Shown: positions 52,990 to 63,055 of the stretch, in pieces
How the letters are laid out: the number at the start of each line of letters is the position of its first letter
How positions within the stretch are numbered: position 1 is the first letter of the stretch
Notes under the pieces: model-generated
What the model was told of the DNA's origin: nothing
Databases searched by the model: none
What the model saw: only the letters and a program-made list of their open reading frames with translations
Made by a program: the position numbers and the translations under genes
Assembly (NCBI RefSeq): GCF_044324875.1
Contig: NZ_CP172185.1
DNA length: 64,000 nucleotides
Direction: 5' to 3' (one strand)
DNA from: Escherichia coli
GTDB taxonomy: Bacteria; Pseudomonadota; Gammaproteobacteria; Enterobacterales; Enterobacteriaceae

Positions 52990-54078
52990 TCACGGCAGGC
53001 GGTGGCGAGCTTGATAATAAGCCTGCCAGTGAGCTTCTTTATGTGTAGCGACACGTTGTTCGAAGTAACGGCGCAGACGTGCGCGATCTTCTTCGTTATC
53101 TTTGACGATGGTTCCGGCAATACAGTCCACCAGGTCGGCAGGCTCCCCCGCGCGATTCGCTAAAAACCAGGCGCGGACACCCACAGCATGGGCCACGTTA
53201 ACGGCTTCAGCGGTGGACATAATCGCTGTCAGTGTATCCATTGACGTTTTCTTTTCGCCGTTGGCACGCAGATCGCGGAACGTGCGCACCAGTAATTCCA
53301 GTACCGCGTCAGGCACTTTATGCGGAATACCGCTATGGGCCAGCAAACGCGCCGAAGCACTGGCAACCAGTTCCAGCTCCTGGGCGAAATCCATAATCGG
53401 AAAGACAGTTTCAAAATCGAAGCGACGCTTTAGCGCAGCACTCATTTCATTGACGCCGCGATCGCGGGTATTGGCAGTGGCAATAATATTAAAGCCTTCC
53501 CGCGCATAGAGCTGACTGGCTTCACCAGTGAGTTCCGGCACCGTCATTACCCTGTCAGAAAGCATACCTAACAGACAGTCTTGTACTTCCAGCGGTGTAC
53601 GCGTTATCTCTTCAAAACGGACGATTTTGCCGTCGCGCATTCCCTGGTAAAGCGGGGCAGGGACCAGCGCTTCCGTTGATGGACCATGATTGATAAGCAG
53701 AGCGTAGTTCCAGCCGTACTTGATTTGATCTTCGGTGGTAGATGCGCCGCCCTGGATGGTTAACCCGGCATCGCCGCTAATAGCGGTTGCCAGTAATTCA
53801 GACAGGAGAGATTTTGCGGTGCCAGGTTCCCCCACCAACATCAAACCGCGCCCGGTAGCGAGAGTGACTAACATGCGTTCGACAGCGGAGGGACTGATCA
53901 CGACTTTACGGCTAATATTTTGCGCTTCGTCGCCAAGGATAAAAGCACGGGCCGCAGGCAAACTTAACTGCCAACCGGGCGGGCAAGGTGCGTTATCATT
54001 TTGTTTTAATTTTGCCAGTTCATCGGCGTATAACACAGCAGCAGGTGGACGCTGCAGATGATTATTCTGCGGTGACAT
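52990..54078 (-). CDS. yehL: YehL, MoxR-like AAA+ ATPase
   Basis: 362 aa from MSPQNNHLQ; Walker A GEPGTAKS, Walker B-like region. Confidence 0.85.
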   Translation of the reverse strand: MSPQNNHLQRPPAAVLYADELAKLKQNDNAPCPPGWQLSLPAARAFILGDEAQNISRKVVISPSAVERMLVTLATGRGLMLVGEPGTAKSLLSELLATAISGDAGLTIQGGASTTEDQIKYGWNYALLINHGPSTEALVPAPLYQGMRDGKIVRFEEITRTPLEVQDCLLGMLSDRVMTVPELTGEASQLYAREGFNIIATANTRDRGVNEMSAALKRRFDFETVFPIMDFAQELELVASASARLLAHSGIPHKVPDAVLELLVRTFRDLRANGEKKTSMDTLTAIMSTAEAVNVAHAVGVRAWFLANRAGEPADLVDCIAGTIVKDNEEDRARLRRYFEQRVATHKEAHWQAYYQARHRLP

Positions 54079-54510
54079 ATATTCATCCCTGAAATGTATT
54101 AATGAAATAAACGATATTTTACGCGCAATAAATGTTTGCCGCATTAGTTGTTTGAGCGAAAAATATCTGGAAAGCAGATCACAGTACATAAAAAAACCTG
54201 CTGGTGAGGCAGGTTCTTTTATTTACTATTTTCAGGCCCAACACCGCAGCCTGTGCAACATCGTGTTCCAACGAACGAATTATAACCATCGGTGGACCCC
54301 GTTGCAATTAAGATAATGAGATTTATAATCCAGACGGTTGGGACGTTGCGCCGGATCGGACCAATTTTAAGTCCTGGCTACCGGACGGGTGGTGCTGCAG
54401 GTGGTGCCCTGATCCGGAGTGCAACATCGTGGTCCAACATACGTAAACCAGTATCGACAGGCAGTGTAAGGGTAAGGTGCTGGTGTTGCGCTCCTTAATA
54501 AGGAGAGCGA

Positions 54511-54600
54511 ATGGACACGCTGACACAAAAGTTAACCGTGCTCATTGCTGTACTGGAGCTATTAGTGGCTCTGTTACGGTTGATTGATTTGTTGAAGTAA
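54511..54600 (+). CDS. zorO: 29-aa hydrophobic peptide, ZorO-like type I toxin (copy 1)
   Basis: ATG preceded by SD AAGGAGAG; encodes MDTLTQKLTVLIAVLELLVALLRLIDLLK; followed by 9-bp-stem hairpin AAGGGGGAA...TTCCCCCTT; too short for the ORF track; matches recalled ZorO of E. coli O157. Confidence 0.55.
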   Translation: MDTLTQKLTVLIAVLELLVALLRLIDLLK

Positions 54601-55118
54601 CGGGCAAATTGAAACGCATCTAAGGGGGAAAACCGCTTCCCCCTTTAATAAAATGATTACTGTTTTTATTAATTCATCATATAACTCATTTTTATTTATA
54701 AATTCATCGATTTTATATTCAACGTACCGTTTAACCGGGATGTGAATATTTATGGTGGGCTATTGGCAAAAAATATCTGGAAAGTAGATCGCAGAAAATA
54801 AAAAAACCTGCTGGTGAGGCAGGTTCTTTTATTTACTACTTTGATGTTAAGTTACTGATAGTGCAACATGGCATCTCAACGAACGAATTATAACCACCTC
54901 TGGACAGTGTTGCAATTAAGATAATGAGATTTATAATCCTGACTGTTGGGAAGTTGCGCCGGATCGAACCCATTTCAAGTCCTGGCTACCGGACGGGTGG
55001 TGCCGCAGGTAGTGCTCTGATCCGGAGTGCAACATGGCGACTCAACATACGTAAACCAGTATCGACAGGCAGCGTAAGGGTAAGGTGCTGGTGTTGCGCT
55101 CCTTAATAAGGAGAGCGG

Positions 55119-55208
55119 ATGGACACGCTGACACAAAAGTTAACCGTGCTCATTGCCGTACTGGAGTTATTAGTGGCTCTGTTACGGTTGATTGATTTGT
55201 TGAAGTAA
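55119..55208 (+). CDS. zorP: 29-aa hydrophobic peptide, ZorO/ZorP-like type I toxin (copy 2)
   Basis: Identical 29-aa product with synonymous substitutions; same SD and downstream hairpin; which copy is zorO versus zorP is arbitrary here. Confidence 0.5.
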   Translation: MDTLTQKLTVLIAVLELLVALLRLIDLLK

Positions 55209-55261
55209 CGGGCAAAGTGAAACGCATCTAAGGGGGAATACCGTTTCCCCCTTTAATAAAG

Positions 55262-55567
55262 CTATTTTTCTATTTCTTGGTTGAATATATTCTGTAGTTC
55301 GCGATTAAAAATTGCTATTACCGTTTCAGGTGATTCACCTCGTAATTTCCGCTCATCAATAAACTCATCTCTTATATAAATCAACGCATCATTTATTAGC
55401 GGGTCGGCATCATTAAATGTTGGATGTAGCTGGAACCGTTCCAGTCGGTAGACGGAACCTGTAAATAATTCAGAGCATTTATGGATCTCAAGTCTGAAGG
55501 AAAACGGATCTTCAGGTACAGGGACCTCATAATTGTAAATAGCGACCAGCTCTTTTTGCACGCTCAT
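55262..55567 (-). CDS. yehK: YehK-like small protein
   Basis: 101 aa at the position of yehK between yehL and yehI; name assigned mainly by synteny. Confidence 0.6.
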   Translation of the reverse strand: MSVQKELVAIYNYEVPVPEDPFSFRLEIHKCSELFTGSVYRLERFQLHPTFNDADPLINDALIYIRDEFIDERKLRGESPETVIAIFNRELQNIFNQEIEK

Positions 55568-55627
55568 CGCTTTTCCCGATGGTAAGTCGTGTTGATAACG
55601 GGCAGTCGCATCACTGCCCGTTGTGTT

Positions 55628-58600
55628 TTAATGGAAAATGACGTCGGGTGCGCTTAACGCCTCACTCAAATCAAACACATCAAGTTCGGCAAAAGTGACA
55701 GATTTATTGTCACGGTATACATGAAGAGAACGGAAGCTCATTAGCGCTTTGCTATCAACATTGTAGTGGTTAAAACCGGGTGAAAACTTAAGGACCAGCC
55801 GGTACGCACCCAGGTCATAGACAAATGCGTCCTCATAGCCTGACTCCCAGCCTTTGTATCGCATTCCCATCAGTTGCCCAACGGTAGCGGATTTACCTTC
55901 CCAGCGATTCAAACTATTACTGGCTGACTCGTCAGGTGTGAGCAGCACCGTACGCCGTGCCAACTGGCGAAAAGGCGGCATAATTTCGTAATCGTCAAAA
56001 AGCTGTGCAAATTCACTGCGCATTTCTGCTGCCATTTCTAACGGGTGGGCAATGCCAATCAGAGCATCGGCAGGCAAGTCAATTGGCTCATCTTGCGCAT
56101 TGCAGAACTCCCCCTCAGCGGCCACACGAAAGGCGTTGAGTAAACGACGCGGTTCATTTGCCGGATAAACACCCCATATCAATCGCTGAGTAACCAGGCG
56201 GGTAAAGGGATGATTAACAAACAGAGAATGAAAATCTGCCAGCGACCAGCGTCGGGTGGTGCGCAGGGCAGTTTCAAGACGCGGGAGCAGGTTTTTGCTC
56301 ACCTGAGTGGCATCTTTTTTTAGCCCTTTTAGTCGGGCCAGTGCCTCGGGTGCTTTCAGTTGATCGTCATCGGCGCGCAACCGGGGAACGCTTTTCTGGC
56401 GAACGTTTTGCTGATCAAAGATAACCGGGTTAAGGTTTTCATCGAAGCGAACGGTAAATTGCCGTGGACCAAAATCAAAAATCAACGCCTGCGGATCATC
56501 AAGACCCAGTGTTGGGACTAATCTGTCCGCTAACTGTTCCTGGCTTAGCCCGCGATTTTCTGCGACCACCTGAAGAAATTCCGCCGCGTTATCACGTAAG
56601 GGGCGGGATTTCGCCCGTTGCGATATATGATGCAGCTGTATCAGTGCCATATCATTATTCATCTGAGTAAGGATGTTCAGGCCGCTGACGGCACGGGCAG
56701 ATTTGCCTTCCTGTGGCCAGGCAAGGATCTGTGTCGTCAGATCCCGTGCCGTGCTTTCGTCGCCAAAGAGACTTAACGCCAGAAATGCCCAGTTGTCTTT
56801 TGCGGGAGCACCAGCTTGTTGCCACGCGGTGAAAAGATCCCAGGCAAAGGCTGCCAGCGTTTGCGGCTGGCAAAACGTTTTCAGCTGTTCCAGTCCGCTA
56901 TAAAAACGTCCGCCCTGGGTAAAGCGCAGCATTTCGCCGATAATTTCCAGAGCGTCATCAGTAACTGGTTGATTATTCGTGATAAGGCGCGGCCTGGACC
57001 ACATTGCCGGCTGCCAGAAATCAGGGGCTTTTGGAATGCGTGTCGGGTAAATCTCTATTGGACTCTGTTTAAGTAATTGCTCCAGGGCAGGCCATACATC
57101 TGTACGCTGCCAGCGGTTTGCCACGGTTTGCAGTAACTCGCCATGTCCCTGTTCGTAAAGTAAACGCAGGGCAAGTAATGCAGCTTCGCTATTATCGCTG
57201 GATTTGGTGAAGACAAGAGGGATAAGTGCAGTAGCCGTATGTTCCGGCCACTGTAAAATCCACTGGCGGGCCAGATCACGCTGCGCCGCGAAACGTCGCC
57301 AGACGCGGGCAACGGGCAGGGCCAGTTCGGTTGCGCCGAAATGAATTAGCAGCGGAAATATCTCTTTTGGATGTCGGGCAAAGGCGGTGTTTAATCCAGG
57401 CAAAGCATCAGTGCCCAGCACACTTAACAGATATTCCACCCCGGTGTAATGAAAATCAGCCGCAACAATTTGTTGCCAGCACGATACCGCCATTTCGCGC
57501 GGCATTTGCGCGATAAGGTACAGATTCCATATCCCCCAACGCTTTTCATTACCATAGTAAAATCCGTGCTGAAAAGTTCGCCACCCTTCCATCAACGCAA
57601 TGCTATCTTGTACCAATAATGCTTTGGTGGCTTCTTCCCGGTACTGTTTAGATTTGGCCTGATGCGCGTAATAAGTACGCAATAGTCCTATTGATGTGTA
57701 TTCTTGCAGTTGCTGAGCATCAAAGGCATCCAACTGTCCATTAAGAAGACGCTTATTAAATTCCAGGCTATGAACGTCAAAGCCTAATTCCCGCAAGAAT
57801 GTATCCGCTCCTCTCTTAGCAAGACGTTCGTCAAAAGACATGGCGCTAAAATGGTCAATTGCAGTTTGCTGTTCCGGCGTCCAGTGTTCCTGGGACGACC
57901 TGCACGCTTGCGTTGCAAGTGTAAGTTCAGGCAGCGAAAAGTGAGGTATGGAAGTCTTTTTCCTGCCACGCCACGGTGGTGAAACGAGGATTTCAGGCAG
58001 ACTGCTGTTATCGGTGCAATCTATAACCGGTTTTGACGATGCCGATAAATAACTCTTCACCACTGCCCGGGCTTGAGTACTTAACCACGGCATCACCTCT
58101 TCTGCCAGTTGTGGCTGCGATGCCATCAGCGTTTGTAACAGCGTACGCCAGTATTCATCACGTGCTTTTTGCTGTGCAGGCAGCTTTTTGTCTTCGATGA
58201 TTGGATAACCAGGGCGTGCAGGCGGTTCTTTTAACGCCAGAAGCTCTGCCAGTGCGGCAAGCGTCGCATGGGGGAAATTTTTACTGTATTTAGCTACACG
58301 TTGCAGGCTGGGTTTGTTTTTATCAGCAACTAACAGCAGGGTGCGGATGACCTGCGGATGGTTAATTTGTACCAGCAGACTGCCGCAATCTTCTTTATGG
58401 GCATACATTGCCAGGCGTGGAACGGCTGCCAGTCCTTGTTCGCGCAAAAGGGCGGCGCAGGCCGCGTAGCCGAAGTGGTTTTCATGCGACATGTAGCTGG
58501 CTTCCCGATCGCTAAATATATCCTGGCTCCAGTAGCGTTCGAGTTTTTTCACCGCTCTGGGGTCATTAGCAACAACTTTTAACCACTCCTTAGAATGAAA

Positions 58601-59272
58601 ATGAGTCCGCGGGCATTCAAGGCCTACCAACTCATTGGCGATTTCTGGTTTTTCCGGGAGGATCAGCGCAATAAAAGGGCGGCGAACTTTGGTTATTCCT
58701 GGCAGTGCGGCAATGAGTTTGTCGGCGCAACGCTGCCAGCTGCTTTCCTCTGCCAGAGAGAGATGCTTACGCAGTCGGAGATCGAATTCGTTATAGGTTT
58801 CTGATCGATAACCATAGCCATAATCCTCGTTCTGATACTGCAATGTCACTAGCAGAGGATCACTCTCATAACACCGTGCAATAAACTGGCGTGCAATCAC
58901 CACCTCAGTCGCATATTCCAGTCCCTCTTGTTGGACGATTTCGTCGAGCAACTGTTGGCTATCATTTTGCGCGATACAGGCTAGCGCCGCCATTGTCCGG
59001 GCCGGAACTGAGGGTTTGTGTTCTCCGATCAAGTTGATGGCCTGCGTAATGGCCGACTGCCACTCCAGTGAAAAATTTTCATAACGCCAGACAATGTTTT
59101 TTTTCTTCTCAGCTTTTTGTAGCAATTCATCACCCAGTGTCTGGATGAGGCTTTCAGTGATAACAGGCACCGGTTCGCCCGGCCAACTGCGATGGCTGAG
59201 CGGCGTTTTGCCTTTTTTATATTTCAGTTCCACTTGGGCGTTATCCGCCAGCCACGGTAATTCCTTGTCCAT
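55628..59272 (-). CDS. yehI: YehI-like large protein (DUF4132 family)
   Basis: 1214 aa; C-terminal region shares DFGPRQFTV.FDE...LKKD...RRW...HP..R.L.RRLIWGVY with the two adjacent paralogues. Confidence 0.8.
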   Translation of the reverse strand: MDKELPWLADNAQVELKYKKGKTPLSHRSWPGEPVPVITESLIQTLGDELLQKAEKKKNIVWRYENFSLEWQSAITQAINLIGEHKPSVPARTMAALACIAQNDSQQLLDEIVQQEGLEYATEVVIARQFIARCYESDPLLVTLQYQNEDYGYGYRSETYNEFDLRLRKHLSLAEESSWQRCADKLIAALPGITKVRRPFIALILPEKPEIANELVGLECPRTHFHSKEWLKVVANDPRAVKKLERYWSQDIFSDREASYMSHENHFGYAACAALLREQGLAAVPRLAMYAHKEDCGSLLVQINHPQVIRTLLLVADKNKPSLQRVAKYSKNFPHATLAALAELLALKEPPARPGYPIIEDKKLPAQQKARDEYWRTLLQTLMASQPQLAEEVMPWLSTQARAVVKSYLSASSKPVIDCTDNSSLPEILVSPPWRGRKKTSIPHFSLPELTLATQACRSSQEHWTPEQQTAIDHFSAMSFDERLAKRGADTFLRELGFDVHSLEFNKRLLNGQLDAFDAQQLQEYTSIGLLRTYYAHQAKSKQYREEATKALLVQDSIALMEGWRTFQHGFYYGNEKRWGIWNLYLIAQMPREMAVSCWQQIVAADFHYTGVEYLLSVLGTDALPGLNTAFARHPKEIFPLLIHFGATELALPVARVWRRFAAQRDLARQWILQWPEHTATALIPLVFTKSSDNSEAALLALRLLYEQGHGELLQTVANRWQRTDVWPALEQLLKQSPIEIYPTRIPKAPDFWQPAMWSRPRLITNNQPVTDDALEIIGEMLRFTQGGRFYSGLEQLKTFCQPQTLAAFAWDLFTAWQQAGAPAKDNWAFLALSLFGDESTARDLTTQILAWPQEGKSARAVSGLNILTQMNNDMALIQLHHISQRAKSRPLRDNAAEFLQVVAENRGLSQEQLADRLVPTLGLDDPQALIFDFGPRQFTVRFDENLNPVIFDQQNVRQKSVPRLRADDDQLKAPEALARLKGLKKDATQVSKNLLPRLETALRTTRRWSLADFHSLFVNHPFTRLVTQRLIWGVYPANEPRRLLNAFRVAAEGEFCNAQDEPIDLPADALIGIAHPLEMAAEMRSEFAQLFDDYEIMPPFRQLARRTVLLTPDESASNSLNRWEGKSATVGQLMGMRYKGWESGYEDAFVYDLGAYRLVLKFSPGFNHYNVDSKALMSFRSLHVYRDNKSVTFAELDVFDLSEALSAPDVIFH

Positions 59273-59281
59273 GCTCTTTCC

Positions 59282-62200
59282 TTATTCAAACAGGGCTTCA
59301 ATATCGTTAATGAGTTCGCTGGCGGTGATGGCATCGAGTACGGAGAACTGCGCTTCCTGTGTTGAATTACTCCCCCAGCCATAGCTTTCCGCTTTGCCTT
59401 CCCATAGCCACAGCTTGCTTAAGAGTTGCTCGGCACTGAGTTCGGCTGGCGACATGCCGACCGCAAAACCTTCATCGATTTCCATGATTAACGACCAGCG
59501 GCCCAGAGGTTTGATCATCCAGCCGATCCAGCCACCGTCCTGCGGTTCACCACGCATCCAGCCTTTATTCGCCAGCCCCATTACCCGACCGCTCGGGCAT
59601 TTTCTGCCTGCCCAGCGGATCAATTCGCTGGCATTGCGCTCGGTTTCTGTCAGGGCGTAACTGTTACGGTCGAGCTGGCGGAACGGCGGTAACAGTTCGT
59701 AGTCGGCAAAAAGCTGACCAAAGGCAGCGGCATCCGTGGGTGATATTTCCAGAACGTGAGGAATGCCAACAGAGATATCGCCTTCTGGCAGGGTGAAAAG
59801 ATCATCGTCAGCGGTGCTGTAGCTGTTATCTTCCGCCACCCGAAAGCAAGCCAGTAGCTTGTTTTCGGCGCTATAAACGCCCCAAATCAGACGGCGGGTT
59901 AAGTGGCGAACCAGCGGGTGTTCAACCAGGAAGAGCTGAAAGTTTTCCGGCGACCAGCGGCGGCGCAGGCACATGGCGGATTCAAGCCTTGTCACCTGCT
60001 GGGCGGCGACGGTACGCGTATCTTTTTTCAGGAGTTTGTAGCGGTTTACCGCCTCATCAGCCCGCGATTCATCATCGCTTTTGTTTGGTTTGGGCAGGTC
60101 TTTCAGGCGGCTGCCGGAAGCATCGCGCACAAACGGTTTTAAGGTTTCATCAAAGCTGACGGTGAACTGACGTGGGCCAAAATCCAGCAGCAGCGAACCG
60201 TTATCATCCAGTCCCAGATCCGGGGCCAGGCGATCTTCAAGCTCCGCTACCGTGAGTTCGCGGCTTTCGGCAATGTCGGCAATTTTCTCTTTCGCCCGCT
60301 CCTGTAAGGCTTTGAATTTCAGTTTCTGGGCGATGCCGTTAAGCTGCATCAGGGCGATATCGCTGCTGATAGCGGCGAGGATATCAAGCCCGACGGTGGC
60401 GCGTTTATGCTGGGATTCGCCAGGCCAGGCGCGAATCAAAGGCGTCAGTTTGCGGGCGGTGTCATCGTTGCCGAGAACACCTAACGCAGTGAATGCCCAG
60501 CTTTCTTTAGACGGTGCGCCAGCGGTCTGCCAGGCGGTAAACAGATCCCAGGCAAATTCAGCCAGTGAGTCGGCGGTACAGGCGGCTTTCACCTGCAATA
60601 ATCCCGGATACAGTGCCTCTTCCTGAGGGAAGCGGAGCATTTCACCGAGGCGTAGGAGGGCGCTATCTGGCAGTGATTGGGCATTTGCTTTTAATACCGG
60701 GCGGGTCCAGAGCGATGGCTGATAAAAGGCCGGAAGAGTGGGGATTTTTGTCGGGTGATTATCTAAGGCATCGAGCGCAAGCAGAGCGTTCACCGCATCG
60801 GTTACTTCCGGCTGGTTATAACGCCGGGCGATTTCTTGCAGTAATGGCTGATGACCGTTTTCGGTAAGCATACGCAAGGCAGCGCGGGCGTTATCCTGGG
60901 CTTCACCGGCTTTGCCGAGCGCCGCGGGCAGCAGGCCGGTAATGGCGTGTTCCGGGTATTTCAGCAGCCAGCTACGGGCGTCTTGTCGTAGGGTTTTGAG
61001 TTTGTTGAAGGCGCGGGCGATCAGTGGCGCTAATTCGATAGCCGCAAAATATTGTGCTACAGGCAGAGCTTCTTGTGGATAGCGTGAAAAGGAGTGAATA
61101 AAACCCTGTAACCCAGCGAGTTGCAGGTGCGTCATGACAAACTCGACACCGACGTGTGGCTCTTTACTGAGGACATTCCACGCCTGCGCTGTTTTTTCGA
61201 TAGGCAGGGCGGCTAACATGTAAAGTTGCCATTCCCGTTGATAGGAGTGCCAGAAGGTTTTAAATTCGCTGATTAGCGCAGAATAATCTCCCCTCTGCCA
61301 GAGTTCTACAACAGCATCAGACGCTTTCATATACTGGCCATTATTCCAGCGATTGAAACCCAGACGTGTCAGGTAGTTCTGAATATCCTCTTTTTGGCCG
61401 ATGTCTATTTGATGTGCGTGCCAGCGATGCCTTGCATGAATCTCTTTTTCTGCCGTCTCGGTCAATGTGCAGCATGACTCCAGCGGTAATGGCGTTAAAT
61501 CCAATACCGGCATTACAGATTTTTTCTTTTTCGAAAGCCAGGGCGGTGAGACTAATATGGCTGGCAGCATATCGGCGCTGGCATGGTTTGAGGGCTGTTT
61601 CAGTTGTTGCTGGCATGATTTCAGTACGGCAACTGCGGGTGTCGAGAGCCAGGGAATGACCTGTTCTGCTAGTATCGGTTGCGAGATAAGCATCGTCATT
61701 AGCATCATGCGCCAGCGCTTTTCATCTTTTTGTGCCAGAAGTTCTGCTAATGCCGCCAGCGCTGCGTGTGGGAAGCGAACGAAAGCCTTTGTCATGCGAT
61801 CGTGGCAACGCTTTCCTTGCTCGCTTGCATGGATAAGTAGTGTAAGTGCCTGCGGGTGGTTGATATGCATCAACACTTCACCACATGTGTCACCAGTAGC
61901 GTAATGGGCAAAACGGGCCAGCGCAGTGACTCCTTGCTCCTGGAGTGCTGTCGCACACCAGATGTTACCGCCATAGTAATCATCAAATACCTGCCCAGGC
62001 TGTCCTGGATAGTATTTTTCCAGGTCTGCTAATACCTGAGCATCGGTGACCGTCAGTTTTAGCCATTCCAGCGCATATAACCCTTTTTGCCCGCAAAAAT
62101 GTCTGGCAATCTCATGAGCTACTTCTGGTTTTTCCGGCAACAATAGTGCAACCAGCGGCTGGTGCCAGGCGGGCATGTTTCCGAGAGCGGCAATCAGTTT

Positions 62201-63043
62201 GTCGGCGCAGCGCTGCCATACATCGTCATTTGCAAGTGAGAAATGCTTACGCAGGCGCATTTCAACCGAGGCAAAGCGCAACAGATAGCCAGGCTGCCTG
62301 TCATCCGGGGTGAACGTAATAAGATGGGCATCATAATCCCAGTCGAAGCGGATGAATTGCAGTGCAATGACAACCTCAGTGGCATATTCCAGACCACCTT
62401 CCTGGACAATTTGATCCATTAACTCTTCGTGATCGTTACGATTGAAGCCTTGTTCCAGCGCAACCAGTACCGCCAGAACCATCGGTGGTAGCGTGGTGCT
62501 AATCGGCGAGTCGATAAGGCCCACTGCTTGTGTTATCGCCTGCTGCCAGTCCAGTGAACAGGTGCTGTAATCGAAGGTGATCACCTTTTTAAAACGTCGG
62601 TGAGTATTCGCGGCGACGGAGCGTAGCAGAGTTAATTCATTCTCCTGTGGCACAGGATCGCCAGGCCAGCGTCGATGACTTAGTGTGGTTGGCGCAACCT
62701 CTGTCGGTAAAATGATTTGGGCGTCGTCTGCCAGCCAGGGGAGGTTGTCTCCAACAAATACTGGTTTGTCTTGTGGCAAAGGGGCTATTTCGGGGCATTC
62801 GATAACCTGGACGGGGACAGATGTCGGTGTTATCACGGATACTTCTTCTACGTAGCCCTTTTTTGTTTTCTCCGCAATCAACTTCAGTTCCGCTTTTTCC
62901 GCCGCCGCAGCATCAGCAAAGCTTTTTACCTGACTTTGCCCGTTGGTGCTGACTTTACCCCAGCTAATATGCAGCTCGTTTCCCTGCTGCTCCACCGCCC
63001 AGAATTTATGTGATTTTTCGTCCTGATAAATATAGGTTTTCAT
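59282..63043 (-). CDS. molR: MolR-like large protein, N-terminal WGR domain plus DUF4132-type C-terminus (intact)
   Basis: 1253 aa; N-terminus MKTYIYQDEKSHKFWAVEQQGNELHISWGKV is a WGR motif; paralogous to yehI-like neighbour. Confidence 0.8.
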   Translation of the reverse strand: MKTYIYQDEKSHKFWAVEQQGNELHISWGKVSTNGQSQVKSFADAAAAEKAELKLIAEKTKKGYVEEVSVITPTSVPVQVIECPEIAPLPQDKPVFVGDNLPWLADDAQIILPTEVAPTTLSHRRWPGDPVPQENELTLLRSVAANTHRRFKKVITFDYSTCSLDWQQAITQAVGLIDSPISTTLPPMVLAVLVALEQGFNRNDHEELMDQIVQEGGLEYATEVVIALQFIRFDWDYDAHLITFTPDDRQPGYLLRFASVEMRLRKHFSLANDDVWQRCADKLIAALGNMPAWHQPLVALLLPEKPEVAHEIARHFCGQKGLYALEWLKLTVTDAQVLADLEKYYPGQPGQVFDDYYGGNIWCATALQEQGVTALARFAHYATGDTCGEVLMHINHPQALTLLIHASEQGKRCHDRMTKAFVRFPHAALAALAELLAQKDEKRWRMMLMTMLISQPILAEQVIPWLSTPAVAVLKSCQQQLKQPSNHASADMLPAILVSPPWLSKKKKSVMPVLDLTPLPLESCCTLTETAEKEIHARHRWHAHQIDIGQKEDIQNYLTRLGFNRWNNGQYMKASDAVVELWQRGDYSALISEFKTFWHSYQREWQLYMLAALPIEKTAQAWNVLSKEPHVGVEFVMTHLQLAGLQGFIHSFSRYPQEALPVAQYFAAIELAPLIARAFNKLKTLRQDARSWLLKYPEHAITGLLPAALGKAGEAQDNARAALRMLTENGHQPLLQEIARRYNQPEVTDAVNALLALDALDNHPTKIPTLPAFYQPSLWTRPVLKANAQSLPDSALLRLGEMLRFPQEEALYPGLLQVKAACTADSLAEFAWDLFTAWQTAGAPSKESWAFTALGVLGNDDTARKLTPLIRAWPGESQHKRATVGLDILAAISSDIALMQLNGIAQKLKFKALQERAKEKIADIAESRELTVAELEDRLAPDLGLDDNGSLLLDFGPRQFTVSFDETLKPFVRDASGSRLKDLPKPNKSDDESRADEAVNRYKLLKKDTRTVAAQQVTRLESAMCLRRRWSPENFQLFLVEHPLVRHLTRRLIWGVYSAENKLLACFRVAEDNSYSTADDDLFTLPEGDISVGIPHVLEISPTDAAAFGQLFADYELLPPFRQLDRNSYALTETERNASELIRWAGRKCPSGRVMGLANKGWMRGEPQDGGWIGWMIKPLGRWSLIMEIDEGFAVGMSPAELSAEQLLSKLWLWEGKAESYGWGSNSTQEAQFSVLDAITASELINDIEALFE

Positions 63044-63055
63044 TGCTAAATCCTT

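Larger units (their letters stand above)
54161..55260 (+). repeat. Tandem duplication of a roughly 500-bp unit (two copies separated by about 110 bp of AT-rich spacer), each carrying a 29-aa toxin-like ORF
   Basis: Copies at about 54161-54660 and 54769-55260 share long identical blocks (AAAATATCTGGAAAG..., AAAAAAACCTGCTGGTGAGGCAGGTTCTTTTATTTACTA, GTAAGGGTAAGGTGCTGGTGTTGCGCTCCTTAATAAGGAGAGCG) with scattered substitutions. Confidence 0.85.

Noticed and set aside
54292-55106. ORF-track ORFs of 68 and 60 aa (54292..54498 and 54924..55106)
   Set aside because: Fall within the conserved upstream region of the duplicated toxin locus and are not conserved in frame between the two copies; more likely UTR or antisense-RNA sequence.
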